The translations under genes were made by a program, and so were the position numbers. Below are positions 37,278-47,204 of a stretch of DNA of 64,000 bases, piece after piece. The DNA comes from Alphaproteobacteria bacterium UBA830 (GTDB lineage Bacteria; Pseudomonadota; Alphaproteobacteria; MPNO01; UBA830): positions 13,655 through 77,654 of the forward strand of contig CAJIYX010000005.1 of NCBI GenBank assembly GCA_905181725.1. The letters are read 5' to 3'. Numbering within the stretch: position 1 is the stretch's first letter; each line of letters starts with the position of its first letter. Below the pieces are notes generated by a model, which made no database searches, was not told where the DNA came from, and worked only from the letters and a program-made list of their open reading frames with translations.

Positions 37278-38327
37278 ATGTTTATAAAAAACTGCTGGTA
37301 TGTGGCGGCGTATGACCGCGAGTTGAAAGACGGTGGGCCGCTGGGCCGCACGTTGCTGGGGGAGCCTGTGGTGATGTTCCGCGACAGCGCAGGGTACGCC
37401 GTCGCGCTTGAAGACCGGTGCTGTCACCGGCATTTGCCGTTATCGCTGGGCCAGGTCGTGGGCGACCGGGTGCAGTGCGGCTATCACGGGCTTGAATTCG
37501 ATGTCTTGGGCGCCTGTGTTTCGGTGCCGGGTCAGTCGAAGGTGCCGCCGGGTGCTGCCGTGAAAGCATTTCCGCTGGTCGAAAAATACGGTTTCCTGTG
37601 GATCTGGATGGGCGATGCGGCGCTTGCCGATGAAGCGTTGCTGCCCGACTGGTGGTGGGTGGGCCATCCGGGCTGGGCGCATAATCCCGGCGCATTCCTG
37701 CATATCCAGTGCCATTTTGAGCTGATCACCGACAACCTGCTCGATCTGTCGCATCTCGGCTATGTCCACACCCGCACGCTCGGCAATGACGCCATTATCG
37801 ATTTCCCCGTGAAGACCGAACGCCTGGCCGACCGGGTCCGCATGTCGCGCTGGATACAGGACCGCCCACCGCCGCCCTTGTTCAAGACGGGCGGCGGGTT
37901 CGACGGCACTGTCGATCGCTGGCAGATTGTCGAGGCGCAGGCACCGGCACATACCGTCGTTTATGCCGGATGCGGGCCGGTCGGTGCGGGCGAATTTGGC
38001 GGGCGAACGGAATATGACGACGGCATTCATATCCGCGCGCTCAATGCCCCGACGCCCGAGACCGAGAATTCCAGCTTCTATTTCTATGCTCATGTCTGGG
38101 ATTTCCGCATCCACGACGCCGACTGGAAACAGCAGATGTATGACGGCTTCCTGATGACGTTCATGGAAGATGTCGACATCCTCGAAGCGCAGCAGGCATC
38201 CTTGATGCGCGACCCGGACCGGCCGCTGATCGATCTGAACGTGGATGCGCCGGGGCTTGCCGCGCGGCGCATGGTGGAAGAACGTCTTGCCGCCGAGCGG
38301 GACAGTAAGAAGGTTGCGGCCCGATAG
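37278..38327 (+). CDS. Rieske [2Fe-2S] aromatic oxygenase, VanA-like (O-demethylase type), paralog 1
   Basis: ORF 37239-38327 trimmed to MFIKNCWYVAAY. Rieske motif CCHRHLPLS...CGYHGLEF, and a DNLLDLSHLGYVH non-haem iron region. Confidence 0.8.
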   Translation: MFIKNCWYVAAYDRELKDGGPLGRTLLGEPVVMFRDSAGYAVALEDRCCHRHLPLSLGQVVGDRVQCGYHGLEFDVLGACVSVPGQSKVPPGAAVKAFPLVEKYGFLWIWMGDAALADEALLPDWWWVGHPGWAHNPGAFLHIQCHFELITDNLLDLSHLGYVHTRTLGNDAIIDFPVKTERLADRVRMSRWIQDRPPPPLFKTGGGFDGTVDRWQIVEAQAPAHTVVYAGCGPVGAGEFGGRTEYDDGIHIRALNAPTPETENSSFYFYAHVWDFRIHDADWKQQMYDGFLMTFMEDVDILEAQQASLMRDPDRPLIDLNVDAPGLAARRMVEERLAAERDSKKVAAR

Positions 38328-38375
38328 GGGAAAACGCTAAACATTAGATATCTAAGTGATAGGGAGTGAAAACCG

Positions 38376-39434
38376 ATGTTTCTTAAAAATGCCTGGTATG
38401 TCGGCGCCTGGGATACGGAGGTCGGCCGCCAGAGCCTGCTGCGGCGCACGCTGCTGAACGAACCGGTGGTGTTCTACCGCCAGGAAGACGGCACGCCTGT
38501 TGCGCTAGAAGACAAATGCGCCCATCGCCACGCGCCGCTGTCGGAAGGCAAGCTGGTCGGCGATCTGATCCAGTGCCCTTATCACGGGCTTGAATATAAT
38601 GCGCATGGCGACTGCGTTCGCGTGCCGGGCCAGTCCGTGCCGCCGCCGGGATGCCGGGTGCGCTCCTACCCGGTGGTCGAACGCAATCACTGGATCTGGC
38701 TGTGGATGGGTGATCCGGCGCTGGCGAACCCGGACGATATTGAGGATTTCCACTGGATGGACGATCCCGAATGGCGCGCCAAGGGTGAGCTGATGCACCT
38801 GAAGGCGGATTACAAGCTGCTGGTCGAGAACCTGCTTGATTTGTCGCATTTGTCTTACATTCATGCGACGACGCTTGGCACCAGCGCGGTTGCCGAGACG
38901 CCGATGTCAGTCGACCGTAGCGACAGCCATGTCACGGTCACGCGCTGGGTGATGGATTCCACGCCGCCGCCGTTCTTTGAGAAAGCCGGCGGGTTCGCGC
39001 CGGATGAACATGTCGACCGCTGGCAGCACATCATGTGGACGCCGCCGGCCTTCGTACGGCTCGACGTCGGCGCCGCCAAGGCGGGCACCGGTGCCATCGA
39101 CGGCGACCGCAGCCAGGGCATCACCATGCGGAACCTCAACGCGATCACGCCTGAGACCGACAAGACGACCCACTATTTCTGGGCGCAGGCGCACGATTTC
39201 CGCATCGACGAGCCGTGGCTCACCGACCTGCTGGTCGCCAATATCCACGAAGCTTTCCTCGAGGATCTGGAAATCATCGGTCTGCAGCAGGAAAACATCG
39301 ATTCCGGCACCACACAGCCGCGCATCGACATCAATCACGATGGCGGCGGGCTGCAGGCGATCCGCACCCTGGAGGCGATGATCGAGGCCGAGAACGACCC
39401 CGGATCGGGTCGGATGGCCCAGGCTGCGGAATAA
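38376..39434 (+). CDS. Rieske [2Fe-2S] aromatic oxygenase, VanA-like, paralog 2
   Basis: 352 aa, MFLKNAWYVGAW..., with CAHRHAPLS...CPYHGLEY and ENLLDLSHLSYIH. Confidence 0.8.
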   Translation: MFLKNAWYVGAWDTEVGRQSLLRRTLLNEPVVFYRQEDGTPVALEDKCAHRHAPLSEGKLVGDLIQCPYHGLEYNAHGDCVRVPGQSVPPPGCRVRSYPVVERNHWIWLWMGDPALANPDDIEDFHWMDDPEWRAKGELMHLKADYKLLVENLLDLSHLSYIHATTLGTSAVAETPMSVDRSDSHVTVTRWVMDSTPPPFFEKAGGFAPDEHVDRWQHIMWTPPAFVRLDVGAAKAGTGAIDGDRSQGITMRNLNAITPETDKTTHYFWAQAHDFRIDEPWLTDLLVANIHEAFLEDLEIIGLQQENIDSGTTQPRIDINHDGGGLQAIRTLEAMIEAENDPGSGRMAQAAE

Positions 39435-39455
39435 CGTCGGCCGGATAGCACACAA

Positions 39456-39491
39456 AGAACCGGGCCCCAAATTGGGGCCCGGTTCTTTTTT
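39456..39491. terminator. rho-independent terminator hairpin (13-bp perfect stem plus T-run)
   Basis: agaaccgggcccc-aaatt-ggggcccggttct-ttttt between convergent genes. Confidence 0.8.
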
Positions 39492-39512
39492 AGCGCTCAG
39501 TGCTGTGGCACG

Positions 39513-40271
39513 TCAGCGGCGGTCGCCGAACAGGGTCAGCAGCATGATGAACAGGTTGATGAAGTCGAGATACAGCCGGAGCGCGCCCGAAATGGCGAGC
39601 TTGCCCTTGGTGTCTTCATCCAGGTGCTCGGCATATTCGTTCTTGATGCTCTGCGTGTCGTAGGCGGTGAGGCCGACGAAGACCAGCACGCCGATCACGG
39701 AGATCCCGAACTGCAGCGCGGAGCTGCCGATAAACATGTTCACGATCGACGCGATAATGATGCCGATCAGACCCATGAACAGGAACGAGCCCATGCCCGT
39801 CAGGTCTTTCTTCGTGGTGTAACCCCAGATACTCATCGCAGCGAACGTACCCGCCGTGATGAAGAACACGCGGGCCACGCTGGCGCCGGTGAACTGGATG
39901 AGGATGACCGCGAAGGAAACGCCCATCAACGCCGCGTAAAGCCAGAAGACCGCCTGCGCCGTCGACTGCTGCAGCTTATGAAGCCGCGCGCTCAGGAAGA
40001 AGACCAGCCCGAGCGGGGCCAGCATCACGACCCATTTGAGCGGAGTGCCGAACAACGTCTGGCCGAGGCTCGTATAAGCGACAAGCTGGCCCGCCTCATT
40101 TGTGACGAACGACATCTGCGAGATCACGATCGCAAAAATGCCCGTCAGCGCGAGGCCGGACGCCATGTAATTGTACACCCGCAGCATGTGCGCGCGGAGG
40201 CCGACATCGAATTCCGCCTGATCGATGGAACGTGAGCCGGTATAAATTGTTTTTTCGTTTCCGAAAGCCAT
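39513..40271 (-). CDS. Bax inhibitor-1/YccA family membrane protein
   Basis: 252 aa with about seven hydrophobic segments and a family-typical N-terminus (FDVGLRAHMLRVYNYM). Confidence 0.85.
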   Translation of the reverse strand: MAFGNEKTIYTGSRSIDQAEFDVGLRAHMLRVYNYMASGLALTGIFAIVISQMSFVTNEAGQLVAYTSLGQTLFGTPLKWVVMLAPLGLVFFLSARLHKLQQSTAQAVFWLYAALMGVSFAVILIQFTGASVARVFFITAGTFAAMSIWGYTTKKDLTGMGSFLFMGLIGIIIASIVNMFIGSSALQFGISVIGVLVFVGLTAYDTQSIKNEYAEHLDEDTKGKLAISGALRLYLDFINLFIMLLTLFGDRR

Positions 40272-40441
40272 GTCAGATCCTTTCGCGACCCGAGTGTTAA
40301 ACCCTAGTGGGAATATGGGGTGCTATCGAGTCGAAATCAACCAGAACCCGTTGCAATCCCTCGTATGATTAACGAAAGTTAATGTTTCGTGAAGAGCGCT
40401 GGAATTCTGCCTGCCTGACGGTGCTTCCAGGTGGAAATAGC

Positions 40442-42961
40442 TTATTCGTTGCGCAGCAGGGGCGCGGCTTTCTGGCCCAGCGCGCGCCAGGTGCCGTAGA
40501 ATCCGAGCGCCAGCGTCACCACGATGGCGATAGTCGCGGCGCTGGCCACAGCCAGAGGATCGAAACTGAACTCGAATTTCATCACTTCGGTGACCGCGGC
40601 CCAGGCGGCGACAGTGCCGATCACGGACGCGATCAGGGCCGTCACCAGGCCGAGCAGGCCGTATTCCAGCAGCAGCGTGCCCATGATCCGCCGTCTCGTG
40701 GCGCCGAGCACCTTGAGGACAACGGAATCGTATACCCGCCGGCGGTGACCCGCCGCAACGGCGCCCGCCAGTACAAGCGTGCCGGCGATGATGGCGATCC
40801 CTGCCGTCATCCGGATGGCGAGGCCGAGCTTCCCGAGGAAGCCGTTGACGGTTTCCAGCACATCGCGCACGCGTATGGTGGTGACGTTGGGGAACGCGGC
40901 GGCGACGGCGGTCTCGATCCCGGCTTCAAGCGCCGGGTCGGCATGGACGGTCGCCAGATGGGTCTGCGGCGCATTTTCCAGCAGGCCAGGGGAGAACATG
41001 AACAGGAAGTTCATGCGCAGCGTGCCCCAGCGGACATCGCGCAGGTTGGCGATCTTGCCGGTGATATTGCGCCCCAGAATATTGATCGTGATCGTATCGC
41101 CGATATCAAGCCCGAGGCTGGCGGCCGAATTCGCCGACAGGGAAACGAGCTGAGGGCCCGCGTAATCCGCCGGCCACCAGTCGCCGGCGACCACGGTTTC
41201 ACCCTCCGGCAGTGCACGCGCCCAGGTCACACCGCGGTCGCCGCGGAGAATCCATCTGCCGTTCTCGGCAACGTTTTCGGATCTCGCGGTTTCGCCGTTG
41301 AGCCGGGTGACGCGGCCACGCAGCATCGGCGTGCGGCGCATTTCTCGGAACCCGGCGACGCCGGACACGGTTTTTTCGAAGGCGGCGACCTGATCGTTCT
41401 GGATGTCGATAAAGAAATAGCCGGGCGCGCGTTCGGGCAGGCTTTTTGTGATCTGGTTGCCGAGATTGGATTCGATCAGCGCCACGGTCACCAGTACCGT
41501 CAGGCCGAGGCCGAGCGACATAAAGACGCTGCCCGTCGGCGCGCCGGGCCGGTGCAGGTTGGCGAGCGCCAGACGCAGCCCGGTCCCGCCGACGCTGCCG
41601 AGCAGTTTTGCCGCGCGCGCAATCAGAATGCCCGCGATGCCGAACAGCGCCATCGCGACCGCCGATCCTACAACGAAATACATCGCGATCATGCGACTGA
41701 AAGCGGTCTCAATGGCGAGCACTGCTAGGGCGGCGAGTAAAACCACGGTTGCCACCACGAACGGCCAGCGCGGTGCAGCGCGGAACCGCGCGATAGAATC
41801 GCGGAACAGCCCGGCGGCGGGCAGGTCGCAGGCACGCGCGATCGGCCATATCGAGAACGCCAGCGCCGTCAGAATGCCGAACGCGGTGGCGAGGATCAGC
41901 GGCTGGGCATAGACCCCGATCCGGGCGACCAGCGGCAGCGCATCGCGCAACAGGTCCGCCAGCGCCGCCGGCGCAAGCCCACCGATTAGCAAGCCTATGG
42001 CGATGCCCACCAGGGCCATCGCCATGATCTGGATCAGATAAACCCCGAAAATCAGCCCGGAGGACGCACCGATACATTTTAGCGTCGCGATGGTCTGCAT
42101 CTTGCCGGCGAGAAAATCACGCACCGCATTGCTGATACCGACCCCGCCAACCAGCAGCGCCGTCAGCCCCACCAGGGTCATGAACAATGTGGTCCGGTCG
42201 ATAAAGCGCTTAATGATCGGCGATGCGTTGCTGCGGTCGCGGACCACCCATTGGGCGTCGGGGAAGGCGTCATCGAGGCCTGTCTTCCAAGAATCGAGCG
42301 CGGTACTATCGTTCAGCCGAATGCGATAGAAAAACCAGACTTGGCTCCCCGGCTGGACAAGCCCGCTATCGCTGACCGATGAAGCGGCGGCCATGAAGCG
42401 CGGCCCAAGCTGGAGCGCGCGTGCACCGGAAACGCGGTCGGGCTCGCGGTCGATAGTGCCGCGGATCTCGTAGGTTGCCTCACCGATATTGATCTTTCCG
42501 CCGATCTCGATTCCGAGCCGCTTCAGCAGAGCCGTGTCGGCGATCGCGCCCCAGACATCGCCGCGTTTTGCGAACAGATCCGGCGGCGGCGCGGCAGGGG
42601 ATGTCTCAAGCGCGCCAAACAGCGGGTAGGCGTTGTCTACCATCTTCATTTCGACGAGCGAGCGCTTGCCGGTCTCGGTCGAGCGCGCCATCGAGCGCAG
42701 ATAGACCACGCGCGAAACATCGGCGGATTTTTCCAGAAAGGCCCGTTCGTCGGCCGAAACATCCCGGTGTGTCATCCGCAGCGCGGCATCGCCGCCAAGC
42801 AGGATGGCACCGTCTTCTTCAAGCCCCGAAATGACCGATGATGCGATGGAGCCGACCGCCGCAATGGCGCCCACTCCGAGGGCCAGACATGCCAGGAAGA
42901 CGCGAAAACCTTTTAGTCCGCCGCGCAGTTCGCGCCGGGCAATGCGAAAGGCATTGTTCAC
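40442..42961 (-). CDS. ABC transporter permease, FtsX-like duplicated (YbbP-type)
   Basis: ORF 40442-43051 trimmed to the GTG at 42959-42961, just after the ATPase stop. The N-terminus AFRIARRELRGGLKGFRVF is typical of YbbP-like permeases. The + strand ORF 40382-41728 is its antisense shadow. Confidence 0.8.
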   Translation of the reverse strand: MNNAFRIARRELRGGLKGFRVFLACLALGVGAIAAVGSIASSVISGLEEDGAILLGGDAALRMTHRDVSADERAFLEKSADVSRVVYLRSMARSTETGKRSLVEMKMVDNAYPLFGALETSPAAPPPDLFAKRGDVWGAIADTALLKRLGIEIGGKINIGEATYEIRGTIDREPDRVSGARALQLGPRFMAAASSVSDSGLVQPGSQVWFFYRIRLNDSTALDSWKTGLDDAFPDAQWVVRDRSNASPIIKRFIDRTTLFMTLVGLTALLVGGVGISNAVRDFLAGKMQTIATLKCIGASSGLIFGVYLIQIMAMALVGIAIGLLIGGLAPAALADLLRDALPLVARIGVYAQPLILATAFGILTALAFSIWPIARACDLPAAGLFRDSIARFRAAPRWPFVVATVVLLAALAVLAIETAFSRMIAMYFVVGSAVAMALFGIAGILIARAAKLLGSVGGTGLRLALANLHRPGAPTGSVFMSLGLGLTVLVTVALIESNLGNQITKSLPERAPGYFFIDIQNDQVAAFEKTVSGVAGFREMRRTPMLRGRVTRLNGETARSENVAENGRWILRGDRGVTWARALPEGETVVAGDWWPADYAGPQLVSLSANSAASLGLDIGDTITINILGRNITGKIANLRDVRWGTLRMNFLFMFSPGLLENAPQTHLATVHADPALEAGIETAVAAAFPNVTTIRVRDVLETVNGFLGKLGLAIRMTAGIAIIAGTLVLAGAVAAGHRRRVYDSVVLKVLGATRRRIMGTLLLEYGLLGLVTALIASVIGTVAAWAAVTEVMKFEFSFDPLAVASAATIAIVVTLALGFYGTWRALGQKAAPLLRNE

Positions 42962-42980
42962 GACGTTGTTCCGGCAGTAT

Positions 42981-43685
42981 TCACGACGTGACCCGGTCGG
43001 AGCTGATAAGCCCGTCCTGCAAGTCGATGACGCGCCCACATCGCTCGGCAAGGGTCGGATTATGGGTAATCAGCAGCAACGTCGCCCCATGGTTGGCGCG
43101 GAGCGAAAACAACAGATCGATCACGGAATCGCCGGTGCCGCCATCGAGATTGCCGGTCGGTTCATCCGCCAGAATCAGCCGCGGTTCGGCGACGATGGCA
43201 CGGGCAAGCGCGACACGCTGCTGTTCGCCACCCGATAGCTGACCCGGATAATGCGACAGCCGATGGTCGAGCCCGACCGAGGCGAGAGCGGCGCGTGCGC
43301 GATCGAATGCGTTGTCGAGCCCGGCAAGTTCGACGGGGATCGCGACGTTCTCCATCGCATGCATGGTCGGTACGAGGTGAAAATTCTGGAACACAATGCC
43401 GACATTGTCGCGCCGGAACCGTGCCAGTCCGTCTTCATCCAGCGTCGCCAGATCGTGACCTGCGACCACAACCCTGCCGCCGGTCTGGCGCTCCAGACCG
43501 CCGATGAGCATCATCATCGACGTCTTGCCGGACCCGGACGGGCCGACCAGGCTGACGGTGTCGCCGGCGGCTATTTCAAGATTAATCCCTTTGAGGATAT
43601 TGACGGAACCGGCTTCACTCTCCAGCTTAAGTTCAACACCGTCCAGGAGAACCATGGGTTCACGTATGCCGTTATCGTCTTTCAT
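42981..43685 (-). CDS. ABC transporter ATP-binding protein (YbbA/LolD-like)
   Basis: 234 aa with Walker A GPSGSGKTS, signature LSGGEQQRVALAR and Walker B ILADEPTGNLD. Confidence 0.9.
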   Translation of the reverse strand: MKDDNGIREPMVLLDGVELKLESEAGSVNILKGINLEIAAGDTVSLVGPSGSGKTSMMMLIGGLERQTGGRVVVAGHDLATLDEDGLARFRRDNVGIVFQNFHLVPTMHAMENVAIPVELAGLDNAFDRARAALASVGLDHRLSHYPGQLSGGEQQRVALARAIVAEPRLILADEPTGNLDGGTGDSVIDLLFSLRANHGATLLLITHNPTLAERCGRVIDLQDGLISSDRVTS

Positions 43686-43686
43686 A

Positions 43687-44370
43687 ATGCTCCGCAGGGG
43701 CTGCGTTCAGGGGGAATGTAACTCTCGATATAGAGCGTTTACGCCTGTTCTCAAGCAATGGATTGCGCTTGGTCTCCTCACGTTTGCGGGGGTTTCTTCC
43801 GTCGCTGCCGCCGATCAGATACGTCTCATGGTGCTGGGCGACAGCCTGACCGCCGGGTACGGCCTGCCTGAAAAGGAAGCTTTTCCCGTCAAATTGCAGG
43901 CCGCGCTTAAAGAAAGCGGCATTTCTGCCATCGTTATTAATGCCGGCGTGTCGGGTGACACCACGGCCGGCGGATTGTCGCGGATCGACTGGGCGCTCGC
44001 CGACAAACCGACCCATGCGCTGGTCGAGCTTGGCGCGAATGACGCGCTGCGCGGCATCGATCCCAGAACGACGCGCAGCAATCTGGATACGCTCGTCGCA
44101 AAGCTGCAGGCGGCGGGGGTAAAGGTGATGCTGGCCGGTATGTATGCGCCGCCAAACTGGGGCAAGGAGTATGAGACCGATTTTCGCAGCATCTATCCTG
44201 ATCTCGCCAAAAAATACGGGGTTAGCCTCTATCCGTTTTTTCTCGATGGGGTGGCCGCCCAACGTGACCTGAATCAGCCCGATGGCATTCATCCGAACGA
44301 AAAGGGTGTCGCGATTATCGTAGAACGTATATTGCCGTCCGTGCGCCGCCTGCTGGGCGCGAAGGAGTAG
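43687..44370 (+). CDS. SGNH/GDSL arylesterase-thioesterase (TesA-like)
   Basis: GDSLTAGYG block I and GANDALRG block III. It is divergent from the ABC ATPase, as in the E. coli tesA-ybbA-ybbP arrangement. The start codon is uncertain: the ATG at 43687 gives a long leader. Confidence 0.75.
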   Translation: MLRRGCVQGECNSRYRAFTPVLKQWIALGLLTFAGVSSVAAADQIRLMVLGDSLTAGYGLPEKEAFPVKLQAALKESGISAIVINAGVSGDTTAGGLSRIDWALADKPTHALVELGANDALRGIDPRTTRSNLDTLVAKLQAAGVKVMLAGMYAPPNWGKEYETDFRSIYPDLAKKYGVSLYPFFLDGVAAQRDLNQPDGIHPNEKGVAIIVERILPSVRRLLGAKE

Positions 44371-44372
44371 CC

Positions 44373-45551
44373 ATGGAAACGACGACACAGACATTTCGCC
44401 TAGGCCATGCCGCAGACGCCGACTGGGAAACGCTTGTGCGGTCCTGCCTCGCGCAGATCGGCGACGTGCCGTCAGGTGCGAATCTCGGATTTGTCTACGT
44501 CACCGATACGCTGGATGGCGATCTGCCGCTGATCGCCGACCGCCTGCGCGAGGCGACCGGGGTTGAGCACTGGGTCGGTACGATAGGGTTCGGCGTGATG
44601 GTTGGCGGCAGGGAATATTTTGAAACCCCGGCGATGGTCGCCATGCTCGGTGTGCTGCCCGAAGATTCCTTCTGTATTCTACCCACGGTGGACACACCCG
44701 GCGATCCGCTGCCCGATAATGTGATGAACTGGGCGGGCCGCGCGAATCCGGTTCTGGGTATCGTCCACGCAGATCCGCGCAATGCGTATATCGGCGATAT
44801 TCTCAATGCGATCACCGACGATACGGACGCGTTTCTGGTCGGCGGGCTCACCGCATCACGCGGCAAGCAGGCCCAGATCGCCGACCGCCTGACCGAGGGT
44901 GGCGTATCGGGCGTACTCTTTGGCGAAGATGTTCGGGTGGTTACCGGTCTTAGCCAGGGCTGTTCGCCCGTTGGCAACATTCACGAAGTCACCAAAGCGG
45001 ATGAAAATATTATCGCCGAGCTGGACGGCCGTCCCGCACTGGACGTTTTCCGCGAAGATATCGGCGAGGTGCTCTCGCGCAATCTGGAACGGGTGAGCGG
45101 CTATATCTACGCGGCGCTGCCGATCGCGGGCGCAGAATCGGTCGGCGACCCAGGCGGCGACTCGGGCGATGATTCTGCCGGCGATGCTGGCGACTATCTG
45201 GTGCGCAATATTGTCGGTATCGATCCTGGCAACAAGCTGGTCGCCATCGGTGAGCGCATTTCCGCCGGTGACCGGGTGATATTCGTTCGCCGCGACGGGC
45301 CTGCCGCAGCGGAAGATCTCGACCGCATGCTGGCCGATGTGACCAGGCGTGCCAAGGGGACACCAAAAGCCGCGCTGTATTATTCCTGCGTCGCCCGCGG
45401 CCCTAACCTGTTCGGCCCCGATTCCGACGAAATGAAGGCGGTCCAGGCTGTCCTCGGCGATGATGTGCCGCTTGTCGGCTTCTTCGCCAATGGCGAGATT
45501 TCGAAGAACAGCCTGTATGGCTATACCGGCGTGCTGACCCTGATCCTGTAA
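44373..45551 (+). CDS. FIST N/C domain signal-transduction protein
   Basis: 392 aa. The layout and motifs (GFVYVTD..., C-terminal GFFANGEI) are typical of FIST-domain proteins. Confidence 0.7.
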   Translation: METTTQTFRLGHAADADWETLVRSCLAQIGDVPSGANLGFVYVTDTLDGDLPLIADRLREATGVEHWVGTIGFGVMVGGREYFETPAMVAMLGVLPEDSFCILPTVDTPGDPLPDNVMNWAGRANPVLGIVHADPRNAYIGDILNAITDDTDAFLVGGLTASRGKQAQIADRLTEGGVSGVLFGEDVRVVTGLSQGCSPVGNIHEVTKADENIIAELDGRPALDVFREDIGEVLSRNLERVSGYIYAALPIAGAESVGDPGGDSGDDSAGDAGDYLVRNIVGIDPGNKLVAIGERISAGDRVIFVRRDGPAAAEDLDRMLADVTRRAKGTPKAALYYSCVARGPNLFGPDSDEMKAVQAVLGDDVPLVGFFANGEISKNSLYGYTGVLTLIL

Positions 45552-45568
45552 ACCTGTGCGGCGCGAAA

Positions 45569-45697
45569 ATGATCCGGCTGTTCACGGCACTCGGCCTGCC
45601 CAATGACCTCCGCACCAGACTGATCGTGCTGCAGGGCGGGATCCAGAGGCGCTGGAAAGATGGATCCCGGCACAAGGCCGGGATGACAATTGAATAA
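45569..45697 (+). pseudogene. possible 5' stub of an RNA 2',3'-cyclic phosphodiesterase (ThpR/LigT-like) gene
   Basis: A 42-codon ORF, MIRLFTALGLPNDLRTRLIVLQGGIQRRW..., resembles the ThpR N-terminus (MRLFxALxLPxxxRxxL). It then runs into a REP-like unit (45662-45687) and a stop, so the remainder of the gene is absent. Confidence 0.3.
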
Positions 45698-45743
45698 GAG
45701 GCAGGCGGAGAGGGACCCCACTCCAAACGCGTCTTAGCACTCG

Positions 45744-46343
45744 TCAATCTGACGGTTTACTGTCCGCAAATGCTGGATGGACGGCGTTGAAGCTGTCCAG
45801 CCATTCGACCAATGCCGGAAATTCGGGCCGCCAGTCATACTGCTTGCGGAAGTCGATATATTCCAGTGCGCAGGCGAGACCGATACCGCCGACGGTCAGC
45901 GGTGTGGCCGCGGGAGGCGTGTCGGACATTGCCGCCAGGCCGCGCTGGACCTTGCCGCGCTGGAAGTCCAGCCAGGGCTCGTACGGCGTTTGATCGGGAC
46001 GGTAGCGGCCTTCATAGGTAACCAGAAGAGCGGCTTCGAGAATGCCATCCGCCATCGCGGCGTCGCGCAGGGCGGCGAAACGCGCACCGGTTTCCACCGG
46101 GATGATCTTGTCGCCACCGGACAGTGTGTCGAGATATTCAAGGATGACCCGGCTGTCGAACAGGGCTGTGCCGTCCTCGATGATCAGGGCCGGCACCTTC
46201 GCCAGCGGATTGAGCTTTCGCAGCGAGTCCTCATCATCCGGCACACCGATATCGACGCGGTCGGACAGACCGAGATGCGCAATGGAAAAGGTTCCCTTGC
46301 GGCCAAAAGGCGACGGTCCGCGCAGCAGCAGTTTCAGGGTCAT
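45744..46343 (-). CDS. glutathione S-transferase
   Basis: 199 aa with an N-terminal thioredoxin-like GST domain (NPLAKVPALI, SRVILEYL). Confidence 0.85.
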   Translation of the reverse strand: MTLKLLLRGPSPFGRKGTFSIAHLGLSDRVDIGVPDDEDSLRKLNPLAKVPALIIEDGTALFDSRVILEYLDTLSGGDKIIPVETGARFAALRDAAMADGILEAALLVTYEGRYRPDQTPYEPWLDFQRGKVQRGLAAMSDTPPAATPLTVGGIGLACALEYIDFRKQYDWRPEFPALVEWLDSFNAVHPAFADSKPSD

Positions 46344-46607
46344 CGGTGTTCCTTCCGGCGTGTTGAACTCAGATTATCTTTGTCTTTCCCGCGACGTCTC
46401 AGGTCAAGCCCCGCTCAGGACAATGGGCCCCGATACCCGGTTCCGACAGCGGGGCCCGATAGCGGGGGTGTCGGATGGGTGCGGCGGCTGTTTGATTCGG
46501 CTACACTCAATCCGGCTGCGTAACGAACTGCAAGAATGCCGGCGCGGGAACCACCACTGGAACCCACCGCCAGGCACCATTACCGGACGGGGACGGATAA
46601 GGCGAAT

Positions 46608-47015
46608 ATGCCGGTTTTTCTCAATCAGGACGATGCGCTCGCGTTATGGCGCGATGCGCTGAGTGCCAGCGTGCGGGGCGATGGACCCGACCTGTCGGCG
46701 CGCCAGATGTCGATCCTGCTGGCGGTCTATACGATGACACCGCCGCATACCGTGCGCGGCCTGTCGGATTCGCTGAATATTTCTAAACCGGCGATTTCGC
46801 GCGCGCTGGACCGGCTCGGCCAGCTCGGTTTTGTCCGCCGCCGGCGGGACGATTACGACCGCCGCAGCATAGAGGTGCAGCGCACGGTCAAGGGCGCCGT
46901 TTTCCTGTCTCAATTCGCCGATCACGTGTCCGAAGCGGGCCGTGAGCTCGACAGCCCGACCCCGTTCGAGGCCGGCACCCCGCCCGAGCTACCGCCTGCA
47001 GACTCAGAATACTGA
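46608..47015 (+). CDS. MarR-family transcriptional regulator
   Basis: ORF 46536-47015 trimmed to the ATG at 46608. It has a winged helix (LSARQMSILLAVY...VRGLSDSLNISKPAISRALDRL...DRRS). Confidence 0.8.
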   Translation: MPVFLNQDDALALWRDALSASVRGDGPDLSARQMSILLAVYTMTPPHTVRGLSDSLNISKPAISRALDRLGQLGFVRRRRDDYDRRSIEVQRTVKGAVFLSQFADHVSEAGRELDSPTPFEAGTPPELPPADSEY

Positions 47016-47204
47016 AGACGCCGGCTGAGCATGTGGTGGTATTCAGGCACCGTCGAAATTCTTTACACATTTGTGTGATCGGTTGGTGATCAATCCCTTA
47101 ACCTGTTGTTTTAATGTAATAAAAATACTTGGCACAGTTTTTGCGCGTGTTAACGCAATATTAAGAAACAACGATAAACAAGAATAAACCAAGGGGTAGA
47201 TATC

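Noticed and set aside
46344-46607. A 264-bp GST-MarR divergent region, checked for RNA genes or repeats.
   Set aside because: I saw only weak direct similarity between two short segments (cccgatacccgg / cccgatagcggg), and no convincing structure or motif. It is probably just promoter/operator space for MarR.
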